The notes beneath the pieces were generated by a model. The model saw only the letters and a list, made by a program, of their open reading frames with translations. It made no database searches and was not told where the DNA came from. The translations under genes were made by a program, and so were the position numbers. DNA of 34,070 nucleotides from a virus: IMG/VR virus record IMGVR_UViG_3300021471_000162, one strand, 5' to 3'. Of the stretch, positions 7,302-16,471 are shown piece by piece. Within the stretch, counting starts at the first letter, position 1; every line of letters starts with the position of its first letter.

Positions 7302-8525
7302 ATGCCCGTTTCAACACAAACATGGAAGATCGGTGATTGTATCGAGTTGATGCAGGAACTCGATGATGAGTATGTCGACATGATTATCACAAGTCCACCT
7401 TACTGGGGCTTGCGTGATTATGGAGTCGATGGGCAGATAGGACTTGAACCGACATTAGAAGAGTATCATGCCCGGCTGCTGGATGTCACGGCTGAATGTA
7501 TGCGGGTACTGAAGCCAAGCGGTGTGATGTTTTGGAATCATGGAGATAGTTATGGTGGAAGTTGGCAGAACTACGGCGCCCGAGAAGGCGGGCAGAGGGA
7601 CAAATTCACTGACAGTTTTGAGCGGCATGGAAATCCAACAGATACGTATCCTCCAAGCGCAAGGATGCCAGCAAAGTCTATGATGCTCCAGAATGAGCGT
7701 CTTATCCTCCGAATGATTGATGAGCAGGGTTGGATACTGCGCAACCGCATTATTTGGCACAAGCCGAATGGGATGCCGTCAAGTGTGACGGATCGATTCT
7801 CAAACAAGTATGAGCCCGTGTACATGCTCACAAAAAACAGTCGATATTGGTTCGATCTGGCTGCGGTACGAGTTCCACATACCGCGGCTGATAGGAAACG
7901 TGGCAATGGTGGCAAAAACGCTTTTCCGGGTGACGTGAACTCAACAACCCCGCATCCGCTCGGAAAGAACCCGGGTGATGTGGTTGAGATGACTCAAGTA
8001 GAGTGGATGAATTACTGCCATGATATATGGGATACGTTTGCAGATGAGCGCGGAGATGTCATGAAGATTCCTACCCACCCGTACAAAGGGAGTCACTTCG
8101 CTACATTTCCCCCATCTCTGATAGAACCCTTGATAAAAGCAGCGTGCCCCGCGGAGATATGTCCTGTATGCGGGATGGCAAGGGAGCGCATCACTGAACC
8201 AAATAAAGAATACGCTAAATATCTGGGTCGTGGGGTGAATAACCATATAGATGATGGCAAGCGTGGGATGCGTTATGACAAAAAAACAAACGCAGAATAT
8301 CATACTATCGGATGGACGTCATGCAATTGTGACGCAGGATGGGTCGCTGGCACTGTGCTCGATCCGTTCTGTGGTTCTGGCACTGTGCTGGAAGTTTGCC
8401 GCAAACTAAACCGGAATGCCATTGGGTTCGAGTTGAATCCCGAATATGAGCAGCTGATCCGGAAACGGTGTATGGCAGACATACCGCCACTCACAACATA
8501 CTTCGAGAATGGCGGCTCTGATTAA
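7302..8525 (+). CDS. Beta-class amino-DNA methyltransferase (N4-C/N6-A)
   Basis: TSPPY catalytic motif near N-terminus, HFATFP, DPFCGSGT SAM-binding motif near C-terminus; inserted CPVC...CNC. Confidence 0.93.
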   Translation: MPVSTQTWKIGDCIELMQELDDEYVDMIITSPPYWGLRDYGVDGQIGLEPTLEEYHARLLDVTAECMRVLKPSGVMFWNHGDSYGGSWQNYGAREGGQRDKFTDSFERHGNPTDTYPPSARMPAKSMMLQNERLILRMIDEQGWILRNRIIWHKPNGMPSSVTDRFSNKYEPVYMLTKNSRYWFDLAAVRVPHTAADRKRGNGGKNAFPGDVNSTTPHPLGKNPGDVVEMTQVEWMNYCHDIWDTFADERGDVMKIPTHPYKGSHFATFPPSLIEPLIKAACPAEICPVCGMARERITEPNKEYAKYLGRGVNNHIDDGKRGMRYDKKTNAEYHTIGWTSCNCDAGWVAGTVLDPFCGSGTVLEVCRKLNRNAIGFELNPEYEQLIRKRCMADIPPLTTYFENGGSD

Positions 8526-9222
8526 AATGGCAAAACGAAAGACTGAATCCGATTATGCCGCTGCGATTACCGAGCTGCATCAGCAGCGCATCGAATGTCC
8601 GGACTCTGAAGCGATCCTCAAGAAGATCGACACACAAGTCCGCGGCTGGATGCGCCGCGTTGATATCGTGGTGCAGGTTGCGCAGAACGAGCAGACACCC
8701 TGGACATCGGAGATGATCGGCTACCAAACCGAACCGATGCCACCCAAGACGGACTCAGGATTTGCGCAGACCGGTGATTATGCAGGCGTGGTGAGGACTT
8801 CGGATGGTGACAGGTATGTTCCTGTACTGTGCGAACGAAAGTCCATACAGGACGCCTACGGTACGCTCATCGTGGAGGAGAACCGAGCCAGATTCTACCG
8901 CGAGATCGAACGATTCCACGCAGATCCGCGATTCGACCAGATGGTCGTGATCGTGGAGGGCACACTCTCGGACTTCTTGTTGCATCAGCCAGAATTCAGC
9001 GGCGGGAAGTTCGACTACAAGCGCAGGTTTGCCACGAAAAAAAATGACTCAGTGAACGAGAAAAAAATGACCACACTCGCCGATCTGTTCATGATGGATG
9101 TGTCCGTCCTGTTCTGCGACAACGCGACACTGGCGGCACGAATGTACGGCAGGTTGATCCGCGAGGCAGTCAGAAAAAAGTATTGGAGAGTGCTGGAGTT
9201 AGAGCCGCCAGCATCACTCTAG
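8509..9222 (+). CDS. ERCC4/XPF-family nuclease
   Basis: GDY...ERKSIQD signature, VIVEG. Confidence 0.85.
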   Translation: MAALIKMAKRKTESDYAAAITELHQQRIECPDSEAILKKIDTQVRGWMRRVDIVVQVAQNEQTPWTSEMIGYQTEPMPPKTDSGFAQTGDYAGVVRTSDGDRYVPVLCERKSIQDAYGTLIVEENRARFYREIERFHADPRFDQMVVIVEGTLSDFLLHQPEFSGGKFDYKRRFATKKNDSVNEKKMTTLADLFMMDVSVLFCDNATLAARMYGRLIREAVRKKYWRVLELEPPASL

Positions 9223-9279
9223 TATCACTCTGAATCAATATTGTCGCTCCATTGCTCCGCCATGGCTTCCGCGATACCC

Positions 9280-9636
9280 TCAAAGGTTCGACTCCATATC
9301 GTGTATTCGATATTCCTTCTCGGCGCAACATGAACACAACACACGCCCATAGCAGCAAATCACATTCCGTTCTTTCCCGCATTCATCACATGGGTAATCC
9401 GTGATACCGCCATACAATCCCCTGATCAGCGCGTCTCTGTCATCTGTGACAACCCCGATCGGCAGATCGTCCACTTTCGCATCACGCATCCAACGAACCC
9501 TTATATCGATCCAATCACCGATAGACAGTTCGCCAGAATCATGCATAATCTTCTTCGCTTCCTTTGCAGACGTCGCCACGACTGCAAAACCCCACCATTC
9601 GTCGCTATTATGTACGAAATATCCTCTTTTATTCAT
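9280..9636 (-). CDS. Hypothetical protein with C-terminal Zn finger
   Basis: CDEC...CSCC; GAGGTGA RBS before ATG 9636. Confidence 0.65.
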   Translation of the reverse strand: MNKRGYFVHNSDEWWGFAVVATSAKEAKKIMHDSGELSIGDWIDIRVRWMRDAKVDDLPIGVVTDDRDALIRGLYGGITDYPCDECGKERNVICCYGRVLCSCCAEKEYRIHDMESNL

Positions 9637-9660
9637 TTCTCTCACCTCTTTTGACTGATC

Positions 9661-9894
9661 TCACCACGACAACCTTCCGGTTTTGATACATTTGCCACAA
9701 TACGATCCATCCTCTTCCGTGCAGGACTGGTCTTTCCATTCGCCATGCCAGAATGTCTCTTTGAAAGATCGATACCCCATCGCCCACATAGCGAGGTTTG
9801 CCCAGCAGGCTTCAGGATGGGTATCATCTATGTAGTCTGCGATTCTAAACCGGATACGTTCTGCTAATTTCATTTGAGCACCTCGATCATACAA
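9661..9894 (-). CDS. Small Cys-containing hypothetical protein
   Basis: YCGKC motif; operon position. Confidence 0.55.
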   Translation of the reverse strand: MYDRGAQMKLAERIRFRIADYIDDTHPEACWANLAMWAMGYRSFKETFWHGEWKDQSCTEEDGSYCGKCIKTGRLSW

Positions 9895-10069
9895 ACAACT
9901 CTTCTCTGTCTTCGAGTGTTGTGTTTAGATCTTCACAGTATTCTGTTGGGTTTGCTTCAAAGGGATAAGGAATCTCTATCACGATTGAGCTCCCAGCATT
10001 GACGTATATTACAGCTTTGAGTCCACATATCCTGTGAACGGTTTTTTCGGTTATTGTTCCTATTTCCAT
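9887..10069 (-). CDS. Small hypothetical protein
   Basis: GGAGGA RBS. Confidence 0.55.
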   Translation of the reverse strand: MEIGTITEKTVHRICGLKAVIYVNAGSSIVIEIPYPFEANPTEYCEDLNTTLEDREELFV

Positions 10070-10099
10070 ATATCCTCCTACAAATAAATTGGAGAGAGG

Positions 10100-10276
10100 C
10101 TACAGAAACCTCTCTCTCAACATCTCATCGATGTGTTGCAGTTCATCAACAACAGATAACGCATCTGCATCGTTACGATCCCAGTACAGTTTCACATCCC
10201 ACGCATACTCACCCTTCGCATTGCGTTTTAGGGTGACGCTGTCCCGTTTCTCGTATTGTAGTTGTGCTTCTTCCAT
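10100..10276 (-). CDS. 58-aa hypothetical protein (not in track)
   Basis: MEEAQLQYEKRDSVTLKRNAKGEYAWDVKLY...; overlaps upstream stop; followed by GAGAGAGG/CCTCTCTC hairpin. Confidence 0.65.
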   Translation of the reverse strand: MEEAQLQYEKRDSVTLKRNAKGEYAWDVKLYWDRNDADALSVVDELQHIDEMLRERFL

Positions 10277-11193
10277 CACGCCACCACCTTAATCTTCGGA
10301 TACTTCGTTTTCACGAGCTCGCTCCCGAATTCTTTGATCAGCGCCACGATCATCACCGGAGCGCATATCGGCTTCAGGAAGCACGATGCGTCGCTGTAGA
10401 CGTATTCGCCGTCCGGCGTGCACCATACGTTGTATTGGTTCACTCTGTAGTGCGTACCGCTCTTGTCCATCGTCTCAACTTCGTATTCGTTGAGCCCCAG
10501 TTCATCCCACGCAGGATCGTCTTTCGTCGGCACCTGTGTTCCAACCAACGCCTTTCCTTCCGGAAGCTCGTGGATGTTGTCGGCGGTTGGAGATGATTCC
10601 CCCTTCGCAGGCGGTTTCGTGTTTTGTGGAGGCGCAGGGGCATCATCTGCCCCGCCTTCCATGCTTGTCTCGATCTCCTCTGCCGACACATCACCTGATC
10701 CGAGAAGATCACTGATGCCGCGGTTGATGGCTACGGTCTGTGCCTTGAGCATGATGTTCGCCTCATCCGCCATAACCTTGCCACCCTTCGTGAAGAACTT
10801 ATCCCGTGATGTACAGACTCCTTCCGATGTCACCGATGCGCCGCACGGATGCGACACGGTGACGAGATATGTCCAGATGTAGTACGCTCCTTTTGCATCC
10901 TCCACCCAGATTTTTTCTCGATGCAGTACATTCACGGACAGTCCGAAGAATCGTGCCATCTTGCGCCATCCCGACTTCTTGATGTATGGCGTGGCGCTAG
11001 GTGATGTTTTCTCCGTCGGCAGTCCATTTGCCCCGATGTACAACACATCGGCATTTGTCAGTAGCCTCGCCTTCGCTTTTTCATAGAGCTCGAAAGCGTG
11101 GACTGCCTCATCGATCGATACAGCGGCATCCAGGAATCCTGGCTGAACCGCGGTATCTTCCTTTTTCATGATGTTTGTGTTTTCTTGTGTCAT
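10276..11193 (-). CDS. Putative single-strand annealing protein (Rad52/Sak/ERF-like)
   Basis: YIKKSGWRKMARFFGLS...SEGVC...KAQTVAINRGISDLLG followed by a low-complexity linker. Confidence 0.55.
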   Translation of the reverse strand: MTQENTNIMKKEDTAVQPGFLDAAVSIDEAVHAFELYEKAKARLLTNADVLYIGANGLPTEKTSPSATPYIKKSGWRKMARFFGLSVNVLHREKIWVEDAKGAYYIWTYLVTVSHPCGASVTSEGVCTSRDKFFTKGGKVMADEANIMLKAQTVAINRGISDLLGSGDVSAEEIETSMEGGADDAPAPPQNTKPPAKGESSPTADNIHELPEGKALVGTQVPTKDDPAWDELGLNEYEVETMDKSGTHYRVNQYNVWCTPDGEYVYSDASCFLKPICAPVMIVALIKEFGSELVKTKYPKIKVVA

Positions 11194-11196
11194 GAT

Positions 11197-11361
11197 TCAA
11201 TCCTCTTTCTGTGCGTTTTCGTTGGCGATATCCCACGCGTCAGCGAGTAAGGAGAATTTTACACTCTCCAATACGCCAATTGCTTCTATAGACGAGATGC
11301 CTCTGTTTGTCAACAAGAGTCTTATCTGCGCAGATAAGTCGCCCAATGATGTTGCGGTCAT
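11197..11361 (-). CDS. Small hypothetical protein
   Basis: Start moved to MTATSL (overlaps upstream stop). Confidence 0.55.
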   Translation of the reverse strand: MTATSLGDLSAQIRLLLTNRGISSIEAIGVLESVKFSLLADAWDIANENAQKED

Positions 11362-11489
11362 TACTTCCGCCTCCGATTCCGTTCCATATCTCGTATCCAC
11401 AACTCGAACCGCGCATCCTCGCCCCAGATAATGTCGAGGGACAGCGCTTGTAACTCCTCATCGCTCATGTGCTCGATGTCTGGTCTCAT
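11361..11489 (-). CDS. 42-aa hypothetical protein (not in track)
   Basis: MRPDIEHMSDEELQALSLDIIWG...; overlapping start/stop on both sides. Confidence 0.55.
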   Translation of the reverse strand: MRPDIEHMSDEELQALSLDIIWGEDARFELWIRDMERNRRRK

Positions 11490-11629
11490 GCTGTTTCCTC
11501 TTGATCCTGTTGTAGGATCACAACTTTTGCTCTGCATCCGATATACCGCGACAATCCAGATATCGTTCCGAATCGGTTCACGGTTTTTTCGATCACGTCT
11601 TCCACGTTGTCGATTTCTATTCTGCTCAT
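11486..11629 (-). CDS. DUF2080/AbrB-like small protein (not in track)
   Basis: EKTVNRFGTISGLSRYIGCRAKVVIL; GAGGTGA RBS. Confidence 0.6.
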   Translation of the reverse strand: MSRIEIDNVEDVIEKTVNRFGTISGLSRYIGCRAKVVILQQDQEETA

Positions 11630-11737
11630 GTGTCTTTCACCTCTTATCAGCATACATATACTGATAGTATATACTTCTTACATTAATCGTATATATACCT
11701 TGTGGTGATAGGCATGTCTACCACGTTTTTTAATTAT

Positions 11738-11757
11738 AACTTAAAAACAAAAAAGAG
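11738..11757 (-). terminator. T-rich terminator at the end of the late block
   Basis: CTCTTTTTTGTTTTTAA directly after stop codon 11758. Confidence 0.5.
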
Positions 11758-11910
11758 TTAACCGCTCTCGTCGGAGAGGCTGGTTTCGACACACCACTCT
11801 TTGAGCCGCTCGCAATGCAACATGACTATGTATGAGCACGGAGCGATCACACAATTGTCACAGGGCGAGATCGATTCTGTGTCGGAGGTCACCTTACGAA
11901 GACATACCAT
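11758..11910 (-). CDS. 50-aa Cys-rich protein (not in track)
   Basis: MVCLRK...PCDNCVIAPCSY...HCERLKEWC. Confidence 0.45.
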   Translation of the reverse strand: MVCLRKVTSDTESISPCDNCVIAPCSYIVMLHCERLKEWCVETSLSDESG

Positions 11911-12056
11911 ATCACAATCGCCGCAATGATATTTGTTAATCCTATCATGATATCGTTGTCATGTTTTATTGACAATAGTTTGTCAACTATTCGATTTGCC
12001 CCAATAAAGGCAAATGCAAGACTCATGATTTCGGCATAACTTAAATCGTATATCAT
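11889..12056 (-). CDS. 55-aa membrane protein (not in track)
   Basis: Two hydrophobic segments; ATGA overlap. Confidence 0.55.
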   Translation of the reverse strand: MIYDLSYAEIMSLAFAFIGANRIVDKLLSIKHDNDIMIGLTNIIAAIVIWYVFVR

Positions 12057-12298
12057 ATTCCTATACCTCTGCTGTTCACGGGAGTGGGTGGTACCTGAAG
12101 TGCGGTCAAGTTGGTGGTTGTATTCACTGGTGATTGCGATACTTCTTCAACCTTGTATAAGTGCCCTCCCATCGCGATCGACATCCCGTCATCTGCACGG
12201 TCAGACAAGAACGCAGAGAAATAAACATGGGACATGGCACAACCGATCGCGATGCCAAGCAACACAAGAGCTGCTGCTTGTCGAATATCAATGTTCAT
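12053..12298 (-). CDS. Small membrane protein
   Basis: N-terminal TM AAALVLLGIAIGCAM. Confidence 0.65.
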   Translation of the reverse strand: MNIDIRQAAALVLLGIAIGCAMSHVYFSAFLSDRADDGMSIAMGGHLYKVEEVSQSPVNTTTNLTALQVPPTPVNSRGIGI

Positions 12299-12450
12299 AC
12301 CACATCCTCCTTATCTTTAAGTATCACCGCCACCTCTCGCCCAACCCATGACTTCGGTACGTATACCCGCCCAGATGACGAGGCATCTCCCACCTTTCGG
12401 GTTATCGGCGCTTCATCTGAGTCGATTATCGTTTTGAATGTCATAGTCAT
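12295..12450 (-). CDS. DUF2080/AbrB-like small protein (not in track)
   Basis: RKVGDASSSGRVYVPKSWVGREVAVIL. Confidence 0.75.
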   Translation of the reverse strand: MTMTFKTIIDSDEAPITRKVGDASSSGRVYVPKSWVGREVAVILKDKEDVV

Positions 12451-12737
12451 CTGTTCCCCCACACGTTCAACCATCGAACGTACAATGTTCTTTCCTCTCC
12501 CGCGTCATTCCGCACTGTGACTTCTGCTGTGAATATGTTTGGGTTCTTTGATACTATATACCCACTGAACGAATCCCCAAAGGTTTGGTTATATTCATCA
12601 GTAGTTGTCACGTACTTCCCCAGAGGGTAGTTCAGTGCGCTATCTGCAACTATCCCACACACCATTGCTGCAACTATCGCAACTACGACAATAAGCGGGC
12701 GCCAATAGTTGTAATTAATATCTACGGTTCTGTTCAT
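12447..12737 (-). CDS. Membrane-anchored protein
   Basis: N-terminal TM; GGAGGA RBS. Confidence 0.7.
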   Translation of the reverse strand: MNRTVDINYNYWRPLIVVVAIVAAMVCGIVADSALNYPLGKYVTTTDEYNQTFGDSFSGYIVSKNPNIFTAEVTVRNDAGEERTLYVRWLNVWGNR

Positions 12738-12814
12738 GTCTAATTCCTCCTTGTATCGCAGTTATCTTACTGCAATATAATAGTTGTTTTACAACCACTT
12801 AAAGGTTTCGTTAG

Positions 12815-13078
12815 TCATGGCAACCGTTGTCTCGCTGTAACCAAACATGCTTGGTGAATCTTCATCCCCTCATATATCATCCCATCCCCTTTTTTGATAG
12901 TTCTCCCACAAACGCGACATTTATTAACGTTCTTGTTTATATCTACCACTTTTAGCGGAATTCCAAGCTTCGCGTTCACAAAACTGCTTAAATGATGCAT
13001 TCCCTTCTGCAAGTCAGCCTTATTCACGCTGAATATCTTCTTATATCGCTCATCGTACACTGTTATGCTTATTTTCAT
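12815..13078 (-). CDS. Protein with C-terminal CxxC...HxxC Zn finger
   Basis: CRVCGRTIKKGD...KIHQAC; start moved to MKISIT. Confidence 0.65.
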   Translation of the reverse strand: MKISITVYDERYKKIFSVNKADLQKGMHHLSSFVNAKLGIPLKVVDINKNVNKCRVCGRTIKKGDGMIYEGMKIHQACLVTARQRLP

Positions 13079-13080
13079 TT

Positions 13081-13461
13081 TTAATTTCTCCTCATAAATA
13101 TATGCCACAATAACCCTGCGACTCCGATCGCAAGCAGCATCTTGATTGGCATGTCGAACTCTGGAGGTATCAGCGTCATCAGTAGCCCACCACTTATCAG
13201 CGCAACAACAGCCGCAATCGCAACTGATTGCTGTTTTATCCACATGCTGAAAAACGGCATCGTCACTACTAACACCCAAAACACCGCCGTACCGACCATC
13301 GCCTCGTAAGTGTTTGTGATAGCCCGTAACATACCCCATCCGGTCGTCTCGTTGTACAGAGTGTCGAAGTATTGTGTATAGTTCGTTGCAACTGCAACTC
13401 CGCTCATAAGTGCGCTGATGGATACTGCTGCGAGCCATTTTAAAACTGTTTTTGGAGTCAT
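13081..13461 (-). CDS. Multi-pass membrane/virion protein
   Basis: Signal-like N-terminus plus 3 TMs; start moved to MTPKTV. Confidence 0.75.
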   Translation of the reverse strand: MTPKTVLKWLAAVSISALMSGVAVATNYTQYFDTLYNETTGWGMLRAITNTYEAMVGTAVFWVLVVTMPFFSMWIKQQSVAIAAVVALISGGLLMTLIPPEFDMPIKMLLAIGVAGLLWHIFMRRN

Positions 13462-13874
13462 TGCATGTATGTTATCGGTGTTTTCCTGATCAGCTGTAGT
13501 ATCCCTACTCCGTATATCATCCAGATGCCGATCTGGATTATGCCAGCCACACTGCGCACTGCAACCCAATTAGCGCTCCCCGCAGGCAATCCGGCAGAGA
13601 ACACATCCACAATCACATCCCATACCCAGAGTACCCTATACATCGCTGTAATCATGATCAAGACGATGTTCCACCCAGCCCATGCGGATGCAACCACACC
13701 CCCTGGGTCGCCTGTGTCGGACCCCCCCACTGATCGCATCTGCCCGATTTCAGATTCGGTAAGTCCTGTTTGATTGATAGGAATCTCGCCACCTGGAAAC
13801 CAGCCTGACCCGTCCATCACGCCAAGAACCGCTCCAAAGATGGCTAGCATCATCGCAATGTCAAATAATCGCAT
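13458..13874 (-). CDS. Multi-pass membrane/virion protein
   Basis: Three hydrophobic segments; NQT sequon. Confidence 0.75.
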   Translation of the reverse strand: MRLFDIAMMLAIFGAVLGVMDGSGWFPGGEIPINQTGLTESEIGQMRSVGGSDTGDPGGVVASAWAGWNIVLIMITAMYRVLWVWDVIVDVFSAGLPAGSANWVAVRSVAGIIQIGIWMIYGVGILQLIRKTPITYMQ

Positions 13875-14266
13875 TGTGTATCACTTTCTTTTCCTTTGCT
13901 GTGTTTTTTAGGTCTTTTCTTTTGTGGTGATCTCTTCACCGCCACTTCCTTCCATCCCTTTCCCTTCTTAACGACCAGTCTTTTCTGGAGCAGCTCTCCT
14001 AAACCGGTTGTCCATGCGAGTGGTGCCATCCGCACGTTCTCACCGCGTATCCTGTGAAGAGCCATCCTTGCCTCGATCGAGAGATGTTGTTCTGCTTTCT
14101 TTGTTTTCCTCCCAAGTAATGTATCTGCAACCCCTATCAACCGATCGAGTTCAGCACTGTATTGTTTCGCCGCTTCAAGCTCATAATCTGACGCAGCTTC
14201 CATAGCTCGCCAAACCATCGTCTCCCCAGGCTTCCATTTCCGCGGATCAGTAGTTGCTGATATCAT
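13850..14266 (-). CDS. Hypothetical basic protein
   Basis: 138 aa; Lys-rich C-terminus. Confidence 0.65.
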   Translation of the reverse strand: MISATTDPRKWKPGETMVWRAMEAASDYELEAAKQYSAELDRLIGVADTLLGRKTKKAEQHLSIEARMALHRIRGENVRMAPLAWTTGLGELLQKRLVVKKGKGWKEVAVKRSPQKKRPKKHSKGKESDTQCDYLTLR

Positions 14267-14484
14267 CTCGAACCCCGTTTTCTTTTCGTTTTCTTCGGCG
14301 GTTCTGGGACACGGGTCGACATCTCGTGGTATCGTTCTGCCGCAATCATCGCACGTTCAACCGCACCTATGGCAGTCCGTTTTGCCCGTTTAGCAATCTT
14401 TCGTGCACGTGCGCTTTTTCGTATCTTGTCCGCCTTCTTTTTTATCGCTTTCAAACGATTTTTCGCAGATTTAGCTTTACTCAT
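14263..14484 (-). CDS. Highly basic small protein (possible genome-condensing protein)
   Basis: K/R/A-rich sequence. Confidence 0.6.
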   Translation of the reverse strand: MSKAKSAKNRLKAIKKKADKIRKSARARKIAKRAKRTAIGAVERAMIAAERYHEMSTRVPEPPKKTKRKRGSR

Positions 14485-14684
14485 ATTGACCTCCGGTCAA
14501 AACCATCGAGTTTCTTCCGTTTCTGTTCCGCAAAGCTCTTCAGTGCAGAATCCATCTGCTCTGGTTGGTTTGCTTGCGCCTCGTGATATCTCCGTGACGC
14601 TTCCATCATAGCGCTGCCGAATTGTTTTATGCCCTTCCACAGCGCTTTCGATATTCTTCTTATCCGATCTTCGAGTTTAGTCAT
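14481..14684 (-). CDS. Small hypothetical protein
   Basis: ATGA overlaps on both sides. Confidence 0.6.
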   Translation of the reverse strand: MTKLEDRIRRISKALWKGIKQFGSAMMEASRRYHEAQANQPEQMDSALKSFAEQKRKKLDGFDRRSI

Positions 14685-16471
14685 GCTTTTAGCACCTCTC
14701 CTTTTCTCATTGCGAAGCCCACCGCAACGATTGTAGCGAGTACCATCATCCCATAATTCACTGTACTATCGGATAACCACCCCATCCACATGAACATCCA
14801 TCCGGACAATGCGCACATCACCGCCCCGACATTCACGCTTGTGGCACTAAATAGCAGCCCTATGAAGATTATTGCGCACACCGCAACCGTGTCGTACATC
14901 CACTGCTCGCCCCAACCAAACGATATCCGCAAGCCATGAAATGAGATCGTGTGTCGCACACTTCCCACCAGGGACTCGAATCTGGGATGCTCCGCGGAGA
15001 AATGTACGATGTACGTGGTGTTGTTTGCCGGAACGATCTGGTTCACCGACCACGATGTCGGGAATGTCGTGTTGAAACTGTACAGGTTCGCATCGGTACT
15101 ATTGTTGATCCAGTACCGGATTGCAGTGGTCTCGTTGGCAGAATCCGTGTACGTGAAGTTGATCCATCCGTACGTTGTGTTGATACGATCAGACGTCCAG
15201 CCCCAGTTGATCGTATCTCGGATCGTCTGGTTCTCTGGTGGCGTCCATGAGTGGGAGTCTATGTAGATATAATACTCGGTATCTTTTGGGTATATTGTGA
15301 CCGTTTTGCTGATGCCCTGCGTTGCATTGGAAAAGGTGATTGTGTACTGGGTGCTCGGCACCATCAGGAACGTGACCGATCCCTCTGTGCCAGTTGTGCC
15401 GGACATACTTGAGTTATCTCCGCTCGCTGCAACATAACTCACATTCACATCGATGTTTTTGTACGGTGCTCCGAACACAGACACGACTTTGAATTTCACA
15501 TAATGCGGCGGTGTGTATGGGGAGTATCGAAGCAGGTACACCGTCTCGTTGACATAACTGTTCGCCATGTAGATCGTGCTGGTACTGGTTTGGTAGTTAT
15601 CCGCCTCAACTACGATCGTGTGCGCTCCGTTCGTCACATTCGTGTATATCACCTTTCCATCGCTGCTGTCTTTTGTGATATCCATCATGGTTGCTGTGAA
15701 CTTCATGATGTACTCATTCGTTTCTGCATCCTTCGCGGTGACCTCCACCACATTCGACACCGGAACCACTGCTTTCACGATGTGAATGTCCAGCACTTCA
15801 CCGTTGTATGCTCGCAGAACCGCGGCATAATACCGCCCCAGTGTGTAATTGTACGACTGTACCCAGTTGGTCTCGTTTGCGCTCGTGTTGATTATATCCA
15901 GGATCGTGTATGTGCCTCCGGCGCTATATGACCACAATGCATCGAACTCCCAGAGCTCGACCGAATGCGACTCACTGATACTGTCTGTAGTCCATGTGAC
16001 CGCCCTTCCGCTATTTGGCTCGATGAACGATACGGAGGGTACACTGTCAGCATCTTTGAACCGGACAGACCCATGCAACGCCTCGAAGTTTGCGCTTGTG
16101 TTGTCTCTCACTGCGATCCAGTAACAGCACAGTTTCTCGTTGCTGGTGTCGTACATCGCTGCCCGATACCACCCCACAGTGCTGAAATTACTGTTTGTGA
16201 TGTTGAATTGTGATGTCTGGTTGGTTGCGAACTCTCCGAAGTCATGCACTACATCTGTACTGTTGTCGGTTGTGTTGTACCGCTCAAACTTGATCGTGAC
16301 GTTCGCGGATTCCTGATTCGTGAAATTGCAGGTGATATAAGTCGAATTGTTGTAAAAACTGATGTGGTCTGGATATGGATCAAGTCGGATGTTTGTATCC
16401 GGTTCGATTGCAGCAGCCATGCTCATAAGTATGATGAATACAAATCCGACTGCCGCTATTGTTTTTTTCAT
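14681..16471 (-). CDS. Large secreted, membrane-anchored virion surface protein
   Basis: Signal peptide, many N-x-S/T sequons, Ig/carboxypeptidase-regulatory-like beta domains (AHTIVVEADNY), C-terminal TMs. Confidence 0.75.
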   Translation of the reverse strand: MKKTIAAVGFVFIILMSMAAAIEPDTNIRLDPYPDHISFYNNSTYITCNFTNQESANVTIKFERYNTTDNSTDVVHDFGEFATNQTSQFNITNSNFSTVGWYRAAMYDTSNEKLCCYWIAVRDNTSANFEALHGSVRFKDADSVPSVSFIEPNSGRAVTWTTDSISESHSVELWEFDALWSYSAGGTYTILDIINTSANETNWVQSYNYTLGRYYAAVLRAYNGEVLDIHIVKAVVPVSNVVEVTAKDAETNEYIMKFTATMMDITKDSSDGKVIYTNVTNGAHTIVVEADNYQTSTSTIYMANSYVNETVYLLRYSPYTPPHYVKFKVVSVFGAPYKNIDVNVSYVAASGDNSSMSGTTGTEGSVTFLMVPSTQYTITFSNATQGISKTVTIYPKDTEYYIYIDSHSWTPPENQTIRDTINWGWTSDRINTTYGWINFTYTDSANETTAIRYWINNSTDANLYSFNTTFPTSWSVNQIVPANNTTYIVHFSAEHPRFESLVGSVRHTISFHGLRISFGWGEQWMYDTVAVCAIIFIGLLFSATSVNVGAVMCALSGWMFMWMGWLSDSTVNYGMMVLATIVAVGFAMRKGEVLKA

